Source: Callorhinchus milii (Eukaryota). From it: 64,000 nucleotides of DNA. Below the pieces are notes generated by a model. It saw only the letters and a program-made list of their open reading frames with translations. It had not been told where the DNA came from and did no database searches. Position numbers and translations under genes: made by a program. The stretch spans positions 115,694,001 to 115,758,000 of the forward strand of contig NW_024704743.1 of the NCBI RefSeq assembly GCF_018977255.1, in the 5' to 3' direction. The first letter of the stretch is position 1, and each line of letters opens with the position of its first letter. Of the stretch, positions 25,246 through 38,647 are shown piece after piece.

Positions 25246-27669
25246 AATTACTAAATTATATTTAGTTTTGGATGGAAACTCCCTCCAACAATTTCCCTAA
25301 ACTCCCTACACCAGTGTAACATAAGGGGTCGATCATTGTTGAAAACAGTAATCACCACTGTGTCTTTATAACTAGATGTCACTTTTTAAAAACACAGTGA
25401 AAAGATCACTATTTTGAGTGGTCAGTATGAAATAGGGTCGAATTTGCCGTAATTCTTAACAAGGGACCTGAATTGTGCAAAAAGGAACTCCTCCCAGTCA
25501 CTGGAAGTATGTTACGTGTGTCCACAAGAACTGTGTTCCAATGTCATCTACTTCTGGGGTGGAATTCCTGCGGGTAAACTGGAATTCTAACAGATTCCCT
25601 AATGAATTCCACTAAGAAACATTGCAAATTAGAAAGGAGGAAAGAACCTACGTTTTATTTTACCATGTCAATAATATTGAATCAGAAGATGGTCAAGGAG
25701 AGCATTAGAGAGGTATGCGGGTGATGCGCTTGCAGTGCCGAGAGCAGGAGAGAATGTAGGCCGCAAAATTCTGGATGATCTGGAGTTTGTGAAGTAAGTG
25801 TTAATAACAACAACTTGCATTTATATAGCGGCCTTCATGAGGGGTAGAGTCCGAGTCGCTTAAGAGTAATATTTACAATTTAACACAATTTAGAAATTGA
25901 TGTGTAATGATGTCTATAGTTTCAGCTCAGAGACATATTCTTGTGGGTCAGCGTGACAAATGTGGGTGTTCCCTCCAACAAAAGTGAGACATTTCAGCAA
26001 AGAGGTCCATTTACACTGCTGTTTTCCCCATGAGCCCCTTTTAACCTCATTGCTTTTTTAAAAAATGTCGTGTGGGGATTCCCTACAACAGAAGTGAGAT
26101 TTTTCACCATAGTGGCACCATTTACACTGCTGTTTTCCCCACAAGCCCCTTTTCAATCCCATTGGTAAGTGTTAAGTTAAAAAAGAACATTATTAATAGG
26201 TGAATTTTTATTGAATGAAATAGAGAGATAAAATGTGTTCCATTTCATATATGTTATGAAATGTTTTCTACAAGATAACTCCCTGTAATCAACTATATTC
26301 TATAATTCTTTACAGATAAGTTAATTGTATTCATTAAGAGCTTTATGCAGTTTCCCCCCTCTCCTAAAACCCCTGTATTAAATATTAAAGAAAACCCACA
26401 CTGCAAACATGCATTAGCATCTTCAGGCAATGTTGGTGTAGCCACCATCTGGGCTATGTTATAAAATATGTATGTGATGCATATGTATAGCCTTAATACA
26501 GTATCTTACAAATTAGCAAAGTGTGGGCTCACGTTAATTACAATAGGCCTTAAATAAATTAAAAACAGAATTGAAAGCATAGTTAGTGATACAACTCTCC
26601 TGCAAACCATTTCTGCACTGTCCCAATTATTTCTTAGTGGAAACACATGGATGTACAGGACTGGGTGGGAGAAACCATCAGAATAGGGTCACTGCAGCAT
26701 CATTACACAGGAAAAAACCTATTGAGAAAAAAATCATTGATATCACTCTGGCTGGTTCTCAAGTTTTTTTAAAAAAATCACACATCTCTGAATCGATTTT
26801 ATTACCAGGAGCGCTGCACAATCAGAAGCTGGCCTCCGTAATAGCATGTTTAAATCGAGGAAGAGTCTGCCTTTTCTGGTGTGTTTTGTTGGCAAAACGG
26901 GCAGCCAATTGCCCACAGCAGTGTCCAACAAACAGTCGCGGATTGAGTGACCAAATTATTATTATTATTATTATTATTTTGAAGTGACCACTTTGATTTA
27001 AAGTAAAGTTTAAGCAGCTATGCAGGATGTAGGAAAAAGTAACCCTGGCCTCCCTTTGTCACTCAATCTCTCCCTCCTCCCCGTCTCTCTCACTTTCTTC
27101 AGCCTGTCTTAGTTGGCAACACACTTACCACTTGGTCAGAAGGTTCAAACATCATGTTAGGCTTTGAATGCACATTGCAGAGCTGGGAAGCATTGAATTG
27201 GCAGATAATATTAATGTTTAATATTTATCTGTCATTATAAAGCTATTGCCTGTTCAGATGGATGTTAATGACGTTAATTCAATAATTACAAATCCTTACA
27301 TTCGATATAGTCCCTTATCACAGGGTTAAACATCTCAAAGTGCTTCACAGGATTTACCAGATGGTGAACTGCAGTACCCACTGTGTATTTGCAGCCATAT
27401 GAAAAGAGACGGAAATTTTTGCCGGTCCTGGCTAACAGTCAATTCAAAAAGAAATTGGTCTGTCGCTTCACAGTTGTTTGTGGGATCTTGCTGTGCGCAA
27501 ATTGGCTAACGTGTTTATCCCACAAAATACACAGTCACTACACTTGACAGCAAATACCCATGTCATTTGAAGCAATTTGACAGGTGCCATTTCAAATCTT
27601 TGATTACTATATAAACGATATATGACTAATATAACAGCCCTCGGCACAATGCTATAGATTACAGAATGA

Positions 27670-27945
27670 CACAGTCAACCACGCCATCCTCAACCATCAC
27701 CTCTCCTCCCTCATCCACCTCACTCGCCTCGGACTGCCTGATTCGAATCCTACCTAATAAACTGCCTTCACTTTATCTCCTCAAACAGTTTCTTTTCCTG
27801 CCTCCACCCGTCAACTGTGGTACCCCAGGGCTCCATCCTTGGCCCCCTCCTCTTCCTCATCTGTATGCTCCCTCTTGGCGATGTAATCCGTAGACATGGG
27901 ATAAACTTCTCCATGTATTCGGATGACACACAAATCTACTTCTCC
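27670..27945 (+). mobile_element. L2 RT fragment
   Basis: ggtaccccagggctccatccttggccccctcctcttc ([13 protein letters not shown]) and YSDDTQIY. Confidence 0.8.
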
Positions 27946-29789
27946 AGGCGAGTGCGCAGGCGCGAACAGGCAACATATTGTGTTCAAAGTTCTTAAAATA
28001 GCCTTAAAGAGACTTAAAATATACATGTCTTAAAAGTCTTAAAAAGTCTTACAATATATGTGTAAAATTGCTGGTCGCTGCGATACCTTATAAGGCTTTG
28101 AAACGTCACCCACATTATTAGTCATCATGTCACACGTTGGGGGGGAGCCTAGTGCCTTATAAGGCAGTCAGAGCCGTTGTTGCATCATAATACACCTCAC
28201 TGGTGAAAGACTATAAAGCAGGCGATAAACAGGGCACAAGACAAAGTCAGGGTGATAAGTAAACTGTGAACCATGAAATTGTGTAAGAAAAAGGGCGGCC
28301 ATCAAACAACACACAAGAGAAAAAAAGGTCGAAAATCGAAGCGAAAATCCAGCACATACGTAAGACCACATTTTGTCCGAAGACCAAAGAGAAAACAAAA
28401 ACATCATAAAAAACACTGTAACCGGAAAGGTTAGTCAAAATCTTGTTTGGGCCGAATTACCAAATCTTCATGGAAGTTTGTGAGCAAGATCTACTGTGCT
28501 TGAAGGGAACCTCATCTGAATACAAGTTGCTACTTCGCACACATGTGCTCCAATCCCAATTGAATAAAATCCTGCAAGTACTTAAGTACTAAAAATATTC
28601 TGTGTATGTGTCCAGTTGTTTTTCCCCCCTTCGATGGTCTTGTTAATGCATGTCTTTCTCAACAGCTCAATGGCTGGCACCCAAGGTAGATTCTGTCCAA
28701 CTCTGTACCTGTCAATTTCAATAATAACAATCCTTGCATTTGATGTAGAGCCTTATCACATTGTTGAGGTGTCTCAAAGCGCTTCACAGGATATAATGTA
28801 AAGTGAATTGACTGTATGTTTTGTTCAACATATTACACTGTATCGCACCTTTCACACCATTTAAACTTAGCTGGTTGAACCGGAACCGCAACAGGTAAAT
28901 GATATGTTTCCAGGCGTTGGACCATAACATCTTACAACAGCCACAAAAACGCCAAAAATAATAATAATCATAATAATAATAAAAATCGCTTTAGAGGCAG
29001 CTCAGTTCCAAGGAGATTCCGCTTACCTATCCCACCACACCACCTCATCACTTCACCGGAGGATAGTTACTACTGTTGCATAGCCAAACAGGGTTCAGGG
29101 GGTCTGGAAGGGGTATTCGTGCTGTAGAGCAGAGTGGTGATGGTGTAGATTAGAGTATTGGATAGCAGTGGTGTTAAGCTGTTCTGGTGCCTCAGCCAAG
29201 GGACAATAGTGTTAAGGGTCAGAGTTTTTGTGCTGCAGTGTACTACAAACTAATGGTGCAAGAGTTTTTATTCCTAGGGTGAGCTGAACCCTGCCCAATA
29301 ACAAGTAACAGGTTATGTAGGGCAGGTAGTGATGGAGTGTATGGTACATACAGAGGTTCAGGCGATAAAGGGAACTGAAGAGTCGATTCAACCCATCAGC
29401 TGGTGTAGTGTTTATGTATCGGGGATATGGTTATTAGTACCAGTGTAGTGTTTGGCATATCAGGGATAAAGAGCCGGCCAGGTTGGATGTGTTGGGGGTG
29501 GGGGGGTGGGCAGGAGAGCTGGCCTGCTGTAAGGTTTAGTGTGTTGGGGCAGGGTGGCTCATTGTCAGGAAGGGCAGACCAGTAATCTGCGGGCACGGAA
29601 TCAATGATCCCACTCAGCTCCTGTTAACTTTCCAAGCCAAAGCCCTAATGGATCAGATGGTCCTAGCTGGACAAGCAATGGGAAAGCTTGCCAGACGGTG
29701 ATATCAATGGGCAGGTATGCGATTTTAGCTGGTTAGATTCCAGCAGTACCCCAACATACACTCTCGGGTCCCTAAGCCACATCAGACCT

Positions 29790-30130
29790 TAAACACAATT
29801 CCCATCTTCTCTCAGCCTTGCCTTTCCCTCTTCTATATCATTGGGTGTCATCCTCTGGGTCTCAGATACATTTTTTCTTTCTATAATCTCCCATTATTGC
29901 CTTCTTTTGTCTTGTACCATCAACACCTCCAATCTCATCTCCTGTCCTCCACCTAAATTTTCCCTTTTTCTTTTTCCGCCCCCTTCTCCTCTTGTCCTAA
30001 TAATCAGCTCCCTTCCAAAATCCCCCAGTTCTGACGAAAGGTCATCGACCTGAAATATTAACTCACTTTCCTCTCTCCATAGATGCTGCCTGACCTGCTG
30101 CGTGTTCCCAGCAACTTCTGTTTTTATTTT
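29790..30130 (+). mobile_element. Penelope-like element 3'/pLTR fragment
   Basis: Pyrimidine-rich run, then CTGACGA..GAAA and gatgctgcctgacctgctg...ttcccagca...ttctgtttt; three related copies in the window. Confidence 0.7.
30027..30063 (+). ncRNA. Candidate minimal type I hammerhead ribozyme
   Basis: AGTT-CTGACGA-A-AGGTC atc GACCT-GAAA-TAT-T-AACT: core boxes, 5-bp stem II, palindromic stem III, 4-bp stem I. Confidence 0.6.
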
Positions 30131-30289
30131 ATACTATATAAACGATGTATGGCTAATATAACCACGCTTGGCATAATGCTATAGATTACAGGAACTGGTA
30201 TCTTTATTGGTGCTCTCGACACCGCACTCTTTGTTGCACCCAACAAACATTATGGACTGTCAAGCAGAAAACCTCTAATGGCCTTTGAA

Positions 30290-31070
30290 TACATTAGAAT
30301 ACATTAGAATATACATCATAGAAACAGGCCATTCGGCCCAACTGGTCTATGTCGGTATTTATGCCCCACATGGGCCTCATCCTGCCTTTACTCAGCTAAC
30401 TAAACTTCAAGCATAACCTTCTATTCCTTTCTCCCTCATGTACCTATCTAGCTTTCCCTTAAATACATCTATGATATTTTCCTCAACAACTCCCTGTGGT
30501 AAAGTGTTCCACATTCTCACTACTCTATGTATGAAGAAATTTCTTCTAACTTCCCTATTTGATCTATTTGTGACTATTTTATATTGATGGCCCCTGGTTT
30601 TAGTCTCCCTCACAAGTGGAAACATCTTCCCTATGTCTACCCTATCAAAACCTTTAATCATTTTAAAGACTTCTATCAGGTCACCCCTTACCCTCCTCTT
30701 TTCAAGAGAAAAGAGTCCAAGTATGTTCAGCCTTTCCTGATAGGTATAACCTTTCAGTTCTGGGATTATCCTTGTGAATCTCCTTTGCACCCTCTCCAGT
30801 GCCTCTACATCCCTTCTATAATGTGGGAACCAGAACTGCACACAGTATTCTAAATGTGGTCCAACTAAGGTTCTATAGCAGTTTACCATAACTTTTAATT
30901 TCTATCCCTCTAGAAATGAACCCCAATGCCTGTTTTTTATGGCCTTATTAAACTGCACTGCTACTTTTAGTGAATTGTGTATGTGTACCACTAGATCCCT
31001 TTGCTCCTCTACCCCATTTAGGTTTTTATTCTCCAGGATGTATGTGACTTTCTTATTCCTTCTATCAAAA
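30290..31070 (-). mobile_element. CR1-clade LINE 3' fragment
   Basis: ORF YRTLVGPHLEYCVQFWFPHYRRDVEALERVQRRFTRIIPELKG...RNFFIHRVVRMWNTLP; microsatellite tail at the low-coordinate end. Confidence 0.92.
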
Positions 31071-31328
31071 AGACTTTGGTGGCCACCTCACTCTGTACCG
31101 TATATACAGATCATGTCAATTACCCAGTTGCTGGATTTAGCTCTCTTAAAATGCAATAGATAAAAAGCATTGAAAGTATTGCACAACCACTATGAGTCTT
31201 ACTATAAATGCTTTTGCGATGACATTGGTCTCGGTATATCTCCAGAATGTACAGTTTAAATGTATAGGTTTGTCCTTAACATGCCTCTCACTGCCTCAGG
31301 GTGTAAACTGCTGGTCATGGGGTGCCCT

Positions 31329-31342
31329 CCAGTAGGTGGCAG
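31329..31342 (+). promoter_or_regulatory. Candidate CTCF site
   Basis: CCAGTAGGTGGCAG fits CCASYAGRKGGCRS at every position, in a short non-TE island between two LINEs. Confidence 0.5.
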
Positions 31343-31399
31343 AAATATAGTATGGATTTGTGGTAACATTGATTCCCGTGATATCAGAGTGGTAGCTTG

Positions 31400-32875
31400 A
31401 AGCAATTGATAGCAGAGATAAGTGGAGAGACTGCTTACACAGTTCTGACCAAGGAGCAAAATCTGCCTTCATGGGTGGTTCAGTCCTCCCCTCCCACTCC
31501 CTCCATGAACTCCTCCAATTGGGTTTCTGTGCCGCGGGAACAGCTCTGCTCAAGATCACAAACGACATCCTGGCTATGTGCGACCAGGGCTCCCTCTGCT
31601 TCCTCATCCTCCTCGACTTCTCCGCTGCCTTTGATACTGTGTACCATTCAATCCTCCTCCACCGCCTCTCCTCCCACCTCAACTTTCAAGGTTCCGTCCT
31701 TTCACACCCACCACTTCATCTCAGCAAACGGCTTCTCCTCCAGCCCCCGCACTATCTTGTGCGGTGTTCCTCAGAGCTCTGTCCTCGGTCCCCTCCTCTT
31801 CATCCTTTATATGCTCCCCATTGGTGACATCATCTGCAGTCACGGGGGAAATTTCCACATGTATGCGGATGACACCCAACTCTACCTCTCTGCCTCCACC
31901 CTCAACTCCAGGACTACTGAGGACTTGACCGACTGCCCATCCGACATCAAGTCCTGGACAAGGGACAACTTTCTCCAACTCAACGTCAGCAGGACCGAGG
32001 CTCTCCTGATTGGCTCGCACTAACGCCTCCGAACCTCGGGCACTGGCAGCATCAGCCTCCATGGCTGCACACTCAACCTCACAAAGCCAATCAGGAAACT
32101 TGGTGTCTTGTTTGACCCTGAACTATCCTTTCTCCCCCACATCCACACCATGACGGCACTGCCTACCACCACCTCTGCAAACATTACCAGACTCCGCCAC
32201 TGCCTCACCCCTCATACTGCCGAAACCCTCACCCACGCATTTGTCACATCAAGGCTCGATTACGGAAACTCCCTCTTCATCGAACTCTTCCCTTCACAGG
32301 CTGAAGATCATCCAAAACTCTGCAGCTCGTGTACTCGTGTAATAATGCAAGGATTATTATTACTCTCATGCACCAGGCTCCGTGACCCCATCACTCCCAC
32401 TCTCGCCCGACTCCACTGGCTCCCCATCCCTCAGAGGATCACATTCAAGATCCTCATCCGCACTTTCAAGGCCATCCATGGCCTTGCCCCCTCTACCTCT
32501 CTGACCTGCTGACTCTCGTCCAACCTGCCTGCTCCCTCCATTCAGTGGGCTCCGGTCTGCTCCATGTCTCCTGCCCATCCTGCCCTACCATTAGTGGACA
32601 GCCTTTCAGCCTCTCTGCCCCCACACTCTGGAACTCCATCCCACCCACAGTCCCTTCACCTCACTTCCTCCCTTGCCTCCTTCGAGGCTGGTCTCAAGAC
32701 CCGTCTTTTCGATCGTGCCTTCAGTCGCCCTCCCACCTCTTTGCCCTCCCTCACCCCTACACCACCCCTCCCCCATGCTCAGGTTCCGACCCCTGACTAT
32801 CCAGTGCTTTGGGACGTCCTCCCGACGTGAAAGGCGCTCTATAAATGTAATTTTGTTGTTGTTATTTTGTTGTTG
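31400..32875 (+). mobile_element. L2-clade LINE, RT domain to 3' end, disrupted
   Basis: [50 protein letters not shown] motifs with frameshifts; tail gtgaaaggcgctctataaatgtaattttgttgttg. Confidence 0.93.
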
Positions 32876-32914
32876 TCCATCTTTTCAGAAAGAGGAAGAG
32901 CTTGTATTTTTCAG

Positions 32915-33100
32915 TAAGTCAACGTTTCAGGTCCACGACCCTTCATCAGAACAAAGGGAGTTCCGACGAAGGATCGTGAATCCCAAACGTTGACTCACTT
33001 TCCTTTCTCCATAGACGCTGCCTGACCTGCTGAGCGTTCCCAGCGACTTCTGTTTTTGTTTTATATTTCCAGCATCTGCAGTATTTTGCATTTCGTATTT
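32915..33100 (+). mobile_element. Penelope-like pLTR with inverted partial copy
   Basis: 32918-32952 is an imperfect inverted repeat of 32958-32996, followed by the pLTR body. Confidence 0.72.
32918..32952 (-). ncRNA. Candidate minimal type I hammerhead ribozyme
   Basis: Reverse complement GTT-CTGATGA-A-GGGTC gtg GACCT-GAAA-CGT-T-GAC. Confidence 0.6.
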
Positions 33101-36100
33101 TTCAGGTTTTATCAGACCTCAAGGTGATTTTAAATTTCTATGGTTCTGTGGTGAATACTATCTTGTCTATTGACTGTACTGTTTTTATAGGCAAATCCTG
33201 CTCCCACAGACATGATGAGACATAGTCAGGACATTGGAAGAAACTCCCTTCAGTTTTCCAATAATGTCATGACATCTTTAATATCCACCTGATAAAGTCA
33301 GATAGTGAGCTCAAGTCCCGACATGGGTCTTGAACCTACAACCTTCTGAGCCAAGTTAAGACCGGTTAAACTTAAGTTCTATCTATTCACTCTCCATCAT
33401 CTGAGCTTCAGTCTATGGTTTGTAAAAGTATTATTTTTTAAACAGCATTTAATTTCAGACCACTAAATCCTGACTCGCTGTCTAATCAACATACTGTAGA
33501 CCAGTCAACCATTTTGCTTCCCCAGGTTAAACAGCAGATTTCCTTCCTCCTCCAAATCAGGAAGCCAGACACATTAGAAACAACACCCAGAGCCCCAGTG
33601 AACTCTGAGCAGAGGCTTGGCTGCATTATTGTGGGGTGGGGTGGAATCGTAGTCATTTTGCACCAAACCCAAAAATGTGACAACGCTGTATAAGAAAACA
33701 TGTCAGTGATGAAAAACAATGCTGCATCAGAAATCAAAGCAATGCGTAACGTCTTACTGGAGGTCAGACTGAACTGGCAAAGTCAACCAAGAAGCCGTCA
33801 AACAAACCGAGTTACTAAATATTGCCCTGCCTTAGACTGTGGGCTTCTTATCAAATGCCTATTTTAATTGCATTGTTAACACTGTTGAAACGACACTGTG
33901 GGATAGAGAAATGGGATTTACTGGAGATCACTCTAGATCTGATTTACAATGGAAATAGTTGGCAGTAATCTAATTGGCAACATGAACACAATATCCCATT
34001 TGTACTGTCACATACCAAAAATTGAGTCTCCGTATTTTTACAAGAAAGTAAAGATCTCTGTAAACTTTCACTGTAGTGCATTTACACACGCATACATATG
34101 TGGATAATAACTTCCAATTGTATAGAACTTTTCATGGAGAATAACATGAAACAAATGTAAGGATTAATTTATACTTCATGAAGCATTTTACAGATACAGT
34201 GTGGGTCACCAAGCAAGCTCTCTAATAAGCTACACCATGTGAAGCATGCTATACAAATGCAAGTTGTATTAGTAGCAATAAGTGGGTTGAGGATTTTGAG
34301 CTTGGTGATCAAAAGCACATTGCAAATTAGGTTTTGAAGGCAGCGAGAAAGGACGTAATGTGTATGGGTTTGGGGAGAATGTACACAAAAACATGCCTAT
34401 GTTTACAGTTAATGAATAATATATCCCCATGTTCTTTCCTGTTGTGTTTGCCTACAAAATGCAGTCACTGGAATAAATCTTGTGAAGCGCTTTGAGACAT
34501 CTTCCCAATGTGAAAGGTGTTATATCAAATACAAGGATTACTATTATTATATACACAAGGTCATGAAAGTTAAGGTTAGAGAAAACACAGGGCTGTTAAA
34601 AATAGCTATCTTTTGATCATATCTTTATAACTGGAAATGCCATTATCAGTACATAACAAAGAGATGCCTGTTATTTTGCAATCAGTGTAAAATAGACCCC
34701 ATTGTTACTCCTACTAGGATCCTTGAGAGCCATTTTGGGTTCAGCCAGTAACACATTATCCTTATTTTAAAGGATCCAGAGAACGTTCCAATCATTATTT
34801 TTCAAACTGTAGTTTAGAATTTTTTCATAAAAAATGCAAAACCAAATATAATTGTTGTTTTTAAAAAAAACTGATAGATTCAAATACATCCGGTCACAAT
34901 TATCATTAACCGAAAGAAAAGAACAAGACATGACTTTTCCCTCTCACGCTCTTTATTAGTGGAAATTTCCCTGTTGACTATTTTGGCCAATGGTTCTGTT
35001 TTTCCTTCCTATTAGCCTGTATGAACAGCCCCAGATGGGGCCTCTGAGGACACAACCCCAATTAAGGAAATCCCCAGGTAGATACCACCACTTATATAAT
35101 AGAAAGTTACAGGATCCTTATGTATTTTCATAACAGCTCAACCCTCTCCAGCCTCCTTCCCTCTCCCCATCTACGGGAGTGATTGTCAAATGGAGAATGG
35201 TTGGAGTCCACTCTTCTGCCATATTGACTGATATCCCTGCAGCTGAAAGCAAATTCATTTAGAGCAAAATTTATTATCACAACGCTCGTAAAGGGAAAGG
35301 GTTTAAATGGTAGCCAGTTCAGGCCAGGAATATTATTCACTGATAAGCAGACTACTACACCTGGCATGGAAAGGCCACAGAGGCAAAAAATAATAAATAA
35401 ATCTGTCAACTTTCAAATGAAAATTCAATATGTTGCAAATTAGGAAACAGATAGAGGTGTTCCAAAGAAGCTTTCATCTGAACAGCACAAAGTAGATTGA
35501 CAATGTTTACAGTACAGTTTATAGCATTACAGTAACTTGTACGTGTTAAAGGAAAAATGCACATTGTCAATGGATGAACACAAGTAAACTCCACTCCCCA
35601 CATCCCACAGAGACATGAAACAGGCCAGGGCTCTCTATCCCTCATTATTTTTTTAGTTGCACTTTACATTATTGCTCCACAACGCAAAGCAATGAGAAAA
35701 AGTATTTGCATGACCAGTGTGTTAATTAAAAAGCACCTTGTGACATGAACTAGTTTTCTTGAGGGAATCCCTGTAAGTATAATACAATTTACATGTATAC
35801 AGCGCCTTTCACGTATGGAGGATATCTCAAATTGCTTGACTTGACTGCTGGTTGCTGGATTAAACACCCACGTTGGTAGTGGAAGCTGAGTGGGGTGAAA
35901 GATGACCAAAAAAGCTGTCAAAGAGGTATGTTTTGAGATAGCCTTGAAAGAGGAAAGGAAGGGAGGTAGTTGGAGGACTGGAGAATGGAATTCCAGAGTG
36001 TGGGCTGAATGACTGAACGTTCACCTACCAATGATGGAGTGGATTATGCAGAGACATGAAACAGGCCAGGAATCTCTATGCGAAGAGAGCAGCTGGGTTA

Positions 36101-38647
36101 GTAGGGTTGGAGATGAAAGATTTAGGATGGGGCGAGATGGGTGGATTTAAAGGTGAGAACAAGGATTTTGAACTCGATCCACTGGAGATGGAGAGCTTGG
36201 CTTTGATCTCAGAGGCAAGTCTTCCACTGAGTCAACGTGATTTACAGGGGATTTTCTGCAGCTTATATTTCGCCGTGCCTTTTGTGATTGTAAAGCACCA
36301 GTAAATTCGCCAATCTTCCCGTTTGAACCATTTTTCAACTCTCAAAATGAAGGAATTCTGCGAGTCCCTAAAAGCACCTTTCTCAATTACGCTGACACAT
36401 GTTAAGTTATGGCCCCTTACATGTTGGTCATCTTCCCATTTTTTGCCATATGGTTTTTCTTTATGTATAAACTGAGCTGGAGAATATATGCAATGATAGG
36501 TGGTATTGCAATTAAATCAGACCCTGTACTTACCCAACATCCACCCTGGATGTGCTTTCCAGCAGAGGTCACTGGATAGAAATCAAAGAATTAATCCTCT
36601 CATATCCAGGCTACTGAGCCCAATTCTAATATTCTTATTGCTGCACTCATTGAGATTAACTCACTTAATGGAGATCGGGAATCAAACCCAGAATCGTCCT
36701 CTTCTGCATGATCAATATGGTTTTAAAACACTGAGCATATCTTAATATCACCAGAAACTGACTACTGGGATTTGTCTAGTGCAGCATATGACAATTTAGA
36801 TATTGTGTTCAGATTTTGACCTTACACTTGCCACACTCTGTTTAAACTCTTGAGGGGGGAAAATAACCACAATACGTGAAACCCTCTCTTCTAGACGTTG
36901 AAGACAGATTGAACTAAAACTAACCCATTACCGAAGGGAACTAACTACCAGCTTAAAATGAATCAAAGCTACAGAGCGAGAAATATTTAAAAATATTCCA
37001 CAAATGTTGTTCATCAAATTTTCCCTTCTACTTGTTCGATTTGTTTTGAATGTAAGTCATGTCTAGCCATGCAACTAACAGTTTGGGGTTGTGAGCTTTT
37101 GATTGGTGACCAGCCTGGAACTGTCTAAAGAAAGAGGTACTACATCTTCATGTTTTGGAAGCAAACAAAGTTCAATCATGCAGTCACCAGGCTGGGACAA
37201 TAGGTTTTATATCGCTGGAAACTGAGCGTTGACTAATGTCCTTAATTGGGTCAATAAAAGACAATTATAAAGAGCAACCTTTGAGCATCAAAGGATCTCC
37301 ATCACTCACCTCCCTCCCCCTCTGCTTTAAAAATGTGCCTTTATGTGCACATGTATCACCAGAGTAAGCAGAATTGGCTTTGATTTTAACATTTCAACCT
37401 AAAAATGGTAACTCCAACAATGCAGTGAAGCACTGCACTGGAGAAGCAGCTTAATCTAGTCTACGAGCTTCAGTCTGGAGGGGCAAAACCTCCAAAGTGA
37501 GTGATCTGAAGGAAGTAGTTCACATTAAGTGTTATCCCTGCATTTGGTTTTGTAATTATTTTTAAGCAGAAAAAAATACTTGTTGCGGCCAGAAATTATA
37601 TGTTGAGCTAACATTGTTGTTGCTGTTCATTGAATAATAGTAATCCTTGCATTTTAAAAAGCACCTTTTACATCGGGAGGACGTCTCAAAGTGCTTCACG
37701 GAATTTAGTATAAAATGCAGTGATTATTTTGTGGGTGAATAGAGCTGCCAATTGCACACAGCAACGTCCCACAAACAACCATGAAGTGAATAACCTATTT
37801 CTCTGGAACTCCATCCCGGAGTCCCTCTGCCTCCCCCCCTCATTCCACAATTTTAAATCCTGCCTTAAGACTTCGCTCTTTGACCCTGCTTTCTTTACAG
37901 CAAAAAATTGTGATTGACGCACAATGGAGATGCTGCACACTCCTTCAGTTGCAAACCCAGTTACCCATTACTGAAGGGAACAATGCCTCTACAAATAAGG
38001 ACAAAGAACATAAGTTTCAAACTTGAGCTTGGGAATCCCAGATCTTTGATGCAGGCACTCGAGCCATTTTAATCTACCCTACCTGCATCGAGGCAGAGAG
38101 GCAACTCCAAGGTAAGTGAGAACCAAGTGAGAGGCAAGTGAACGACAAGTGAGAGGCAAGTGAGACAAACGAGAAGCAAATGAAAAGCAAGCACTGAAGG
38201 CAAACACTGCAGCAGCAAGTTTGCTTGGAGATAAATATTTTCATAAGCCTAATTAAAACCGTTTCGGATTTAGTAGTGCACTGGGAGGATGCGCACGTAC
38301 CATTGGCATATCCGATAGCAACATAAACTCTACACTGCTGTTTTTTTACAGCCATTTAAGGCTGACTAATAGCATCTGAAACCCTCTCAGGATAATTTAT
38401 TACAGAATTCCATTACCAGCTGAGGACCACAGTTGACCACAGAATGACACAATGCTTACTTTGCTGCTCTGCTTCTCCCCAGATGGTTAAAAGCAATATT
38501 CCTCACTTTACATTCAAGATGTGGCCAGTAATGTGTTCCTTTTCCNTTTTACTAGAAAGCTGGCATTTAACTGGAATTGACCAAGTCACATATTTTAACT
38601 CTTCTTGTTCATCAGCATGAGTACTTAATACTGAGTGGGCCTGCTTT

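Noticed and set aside
31397..32512. Intact autonomous retrotransposon or domesticated RT gene
   Set aside because: Frameshifts, stops, 5' truncation and an internal deletion; ordinary dead L2 copy.
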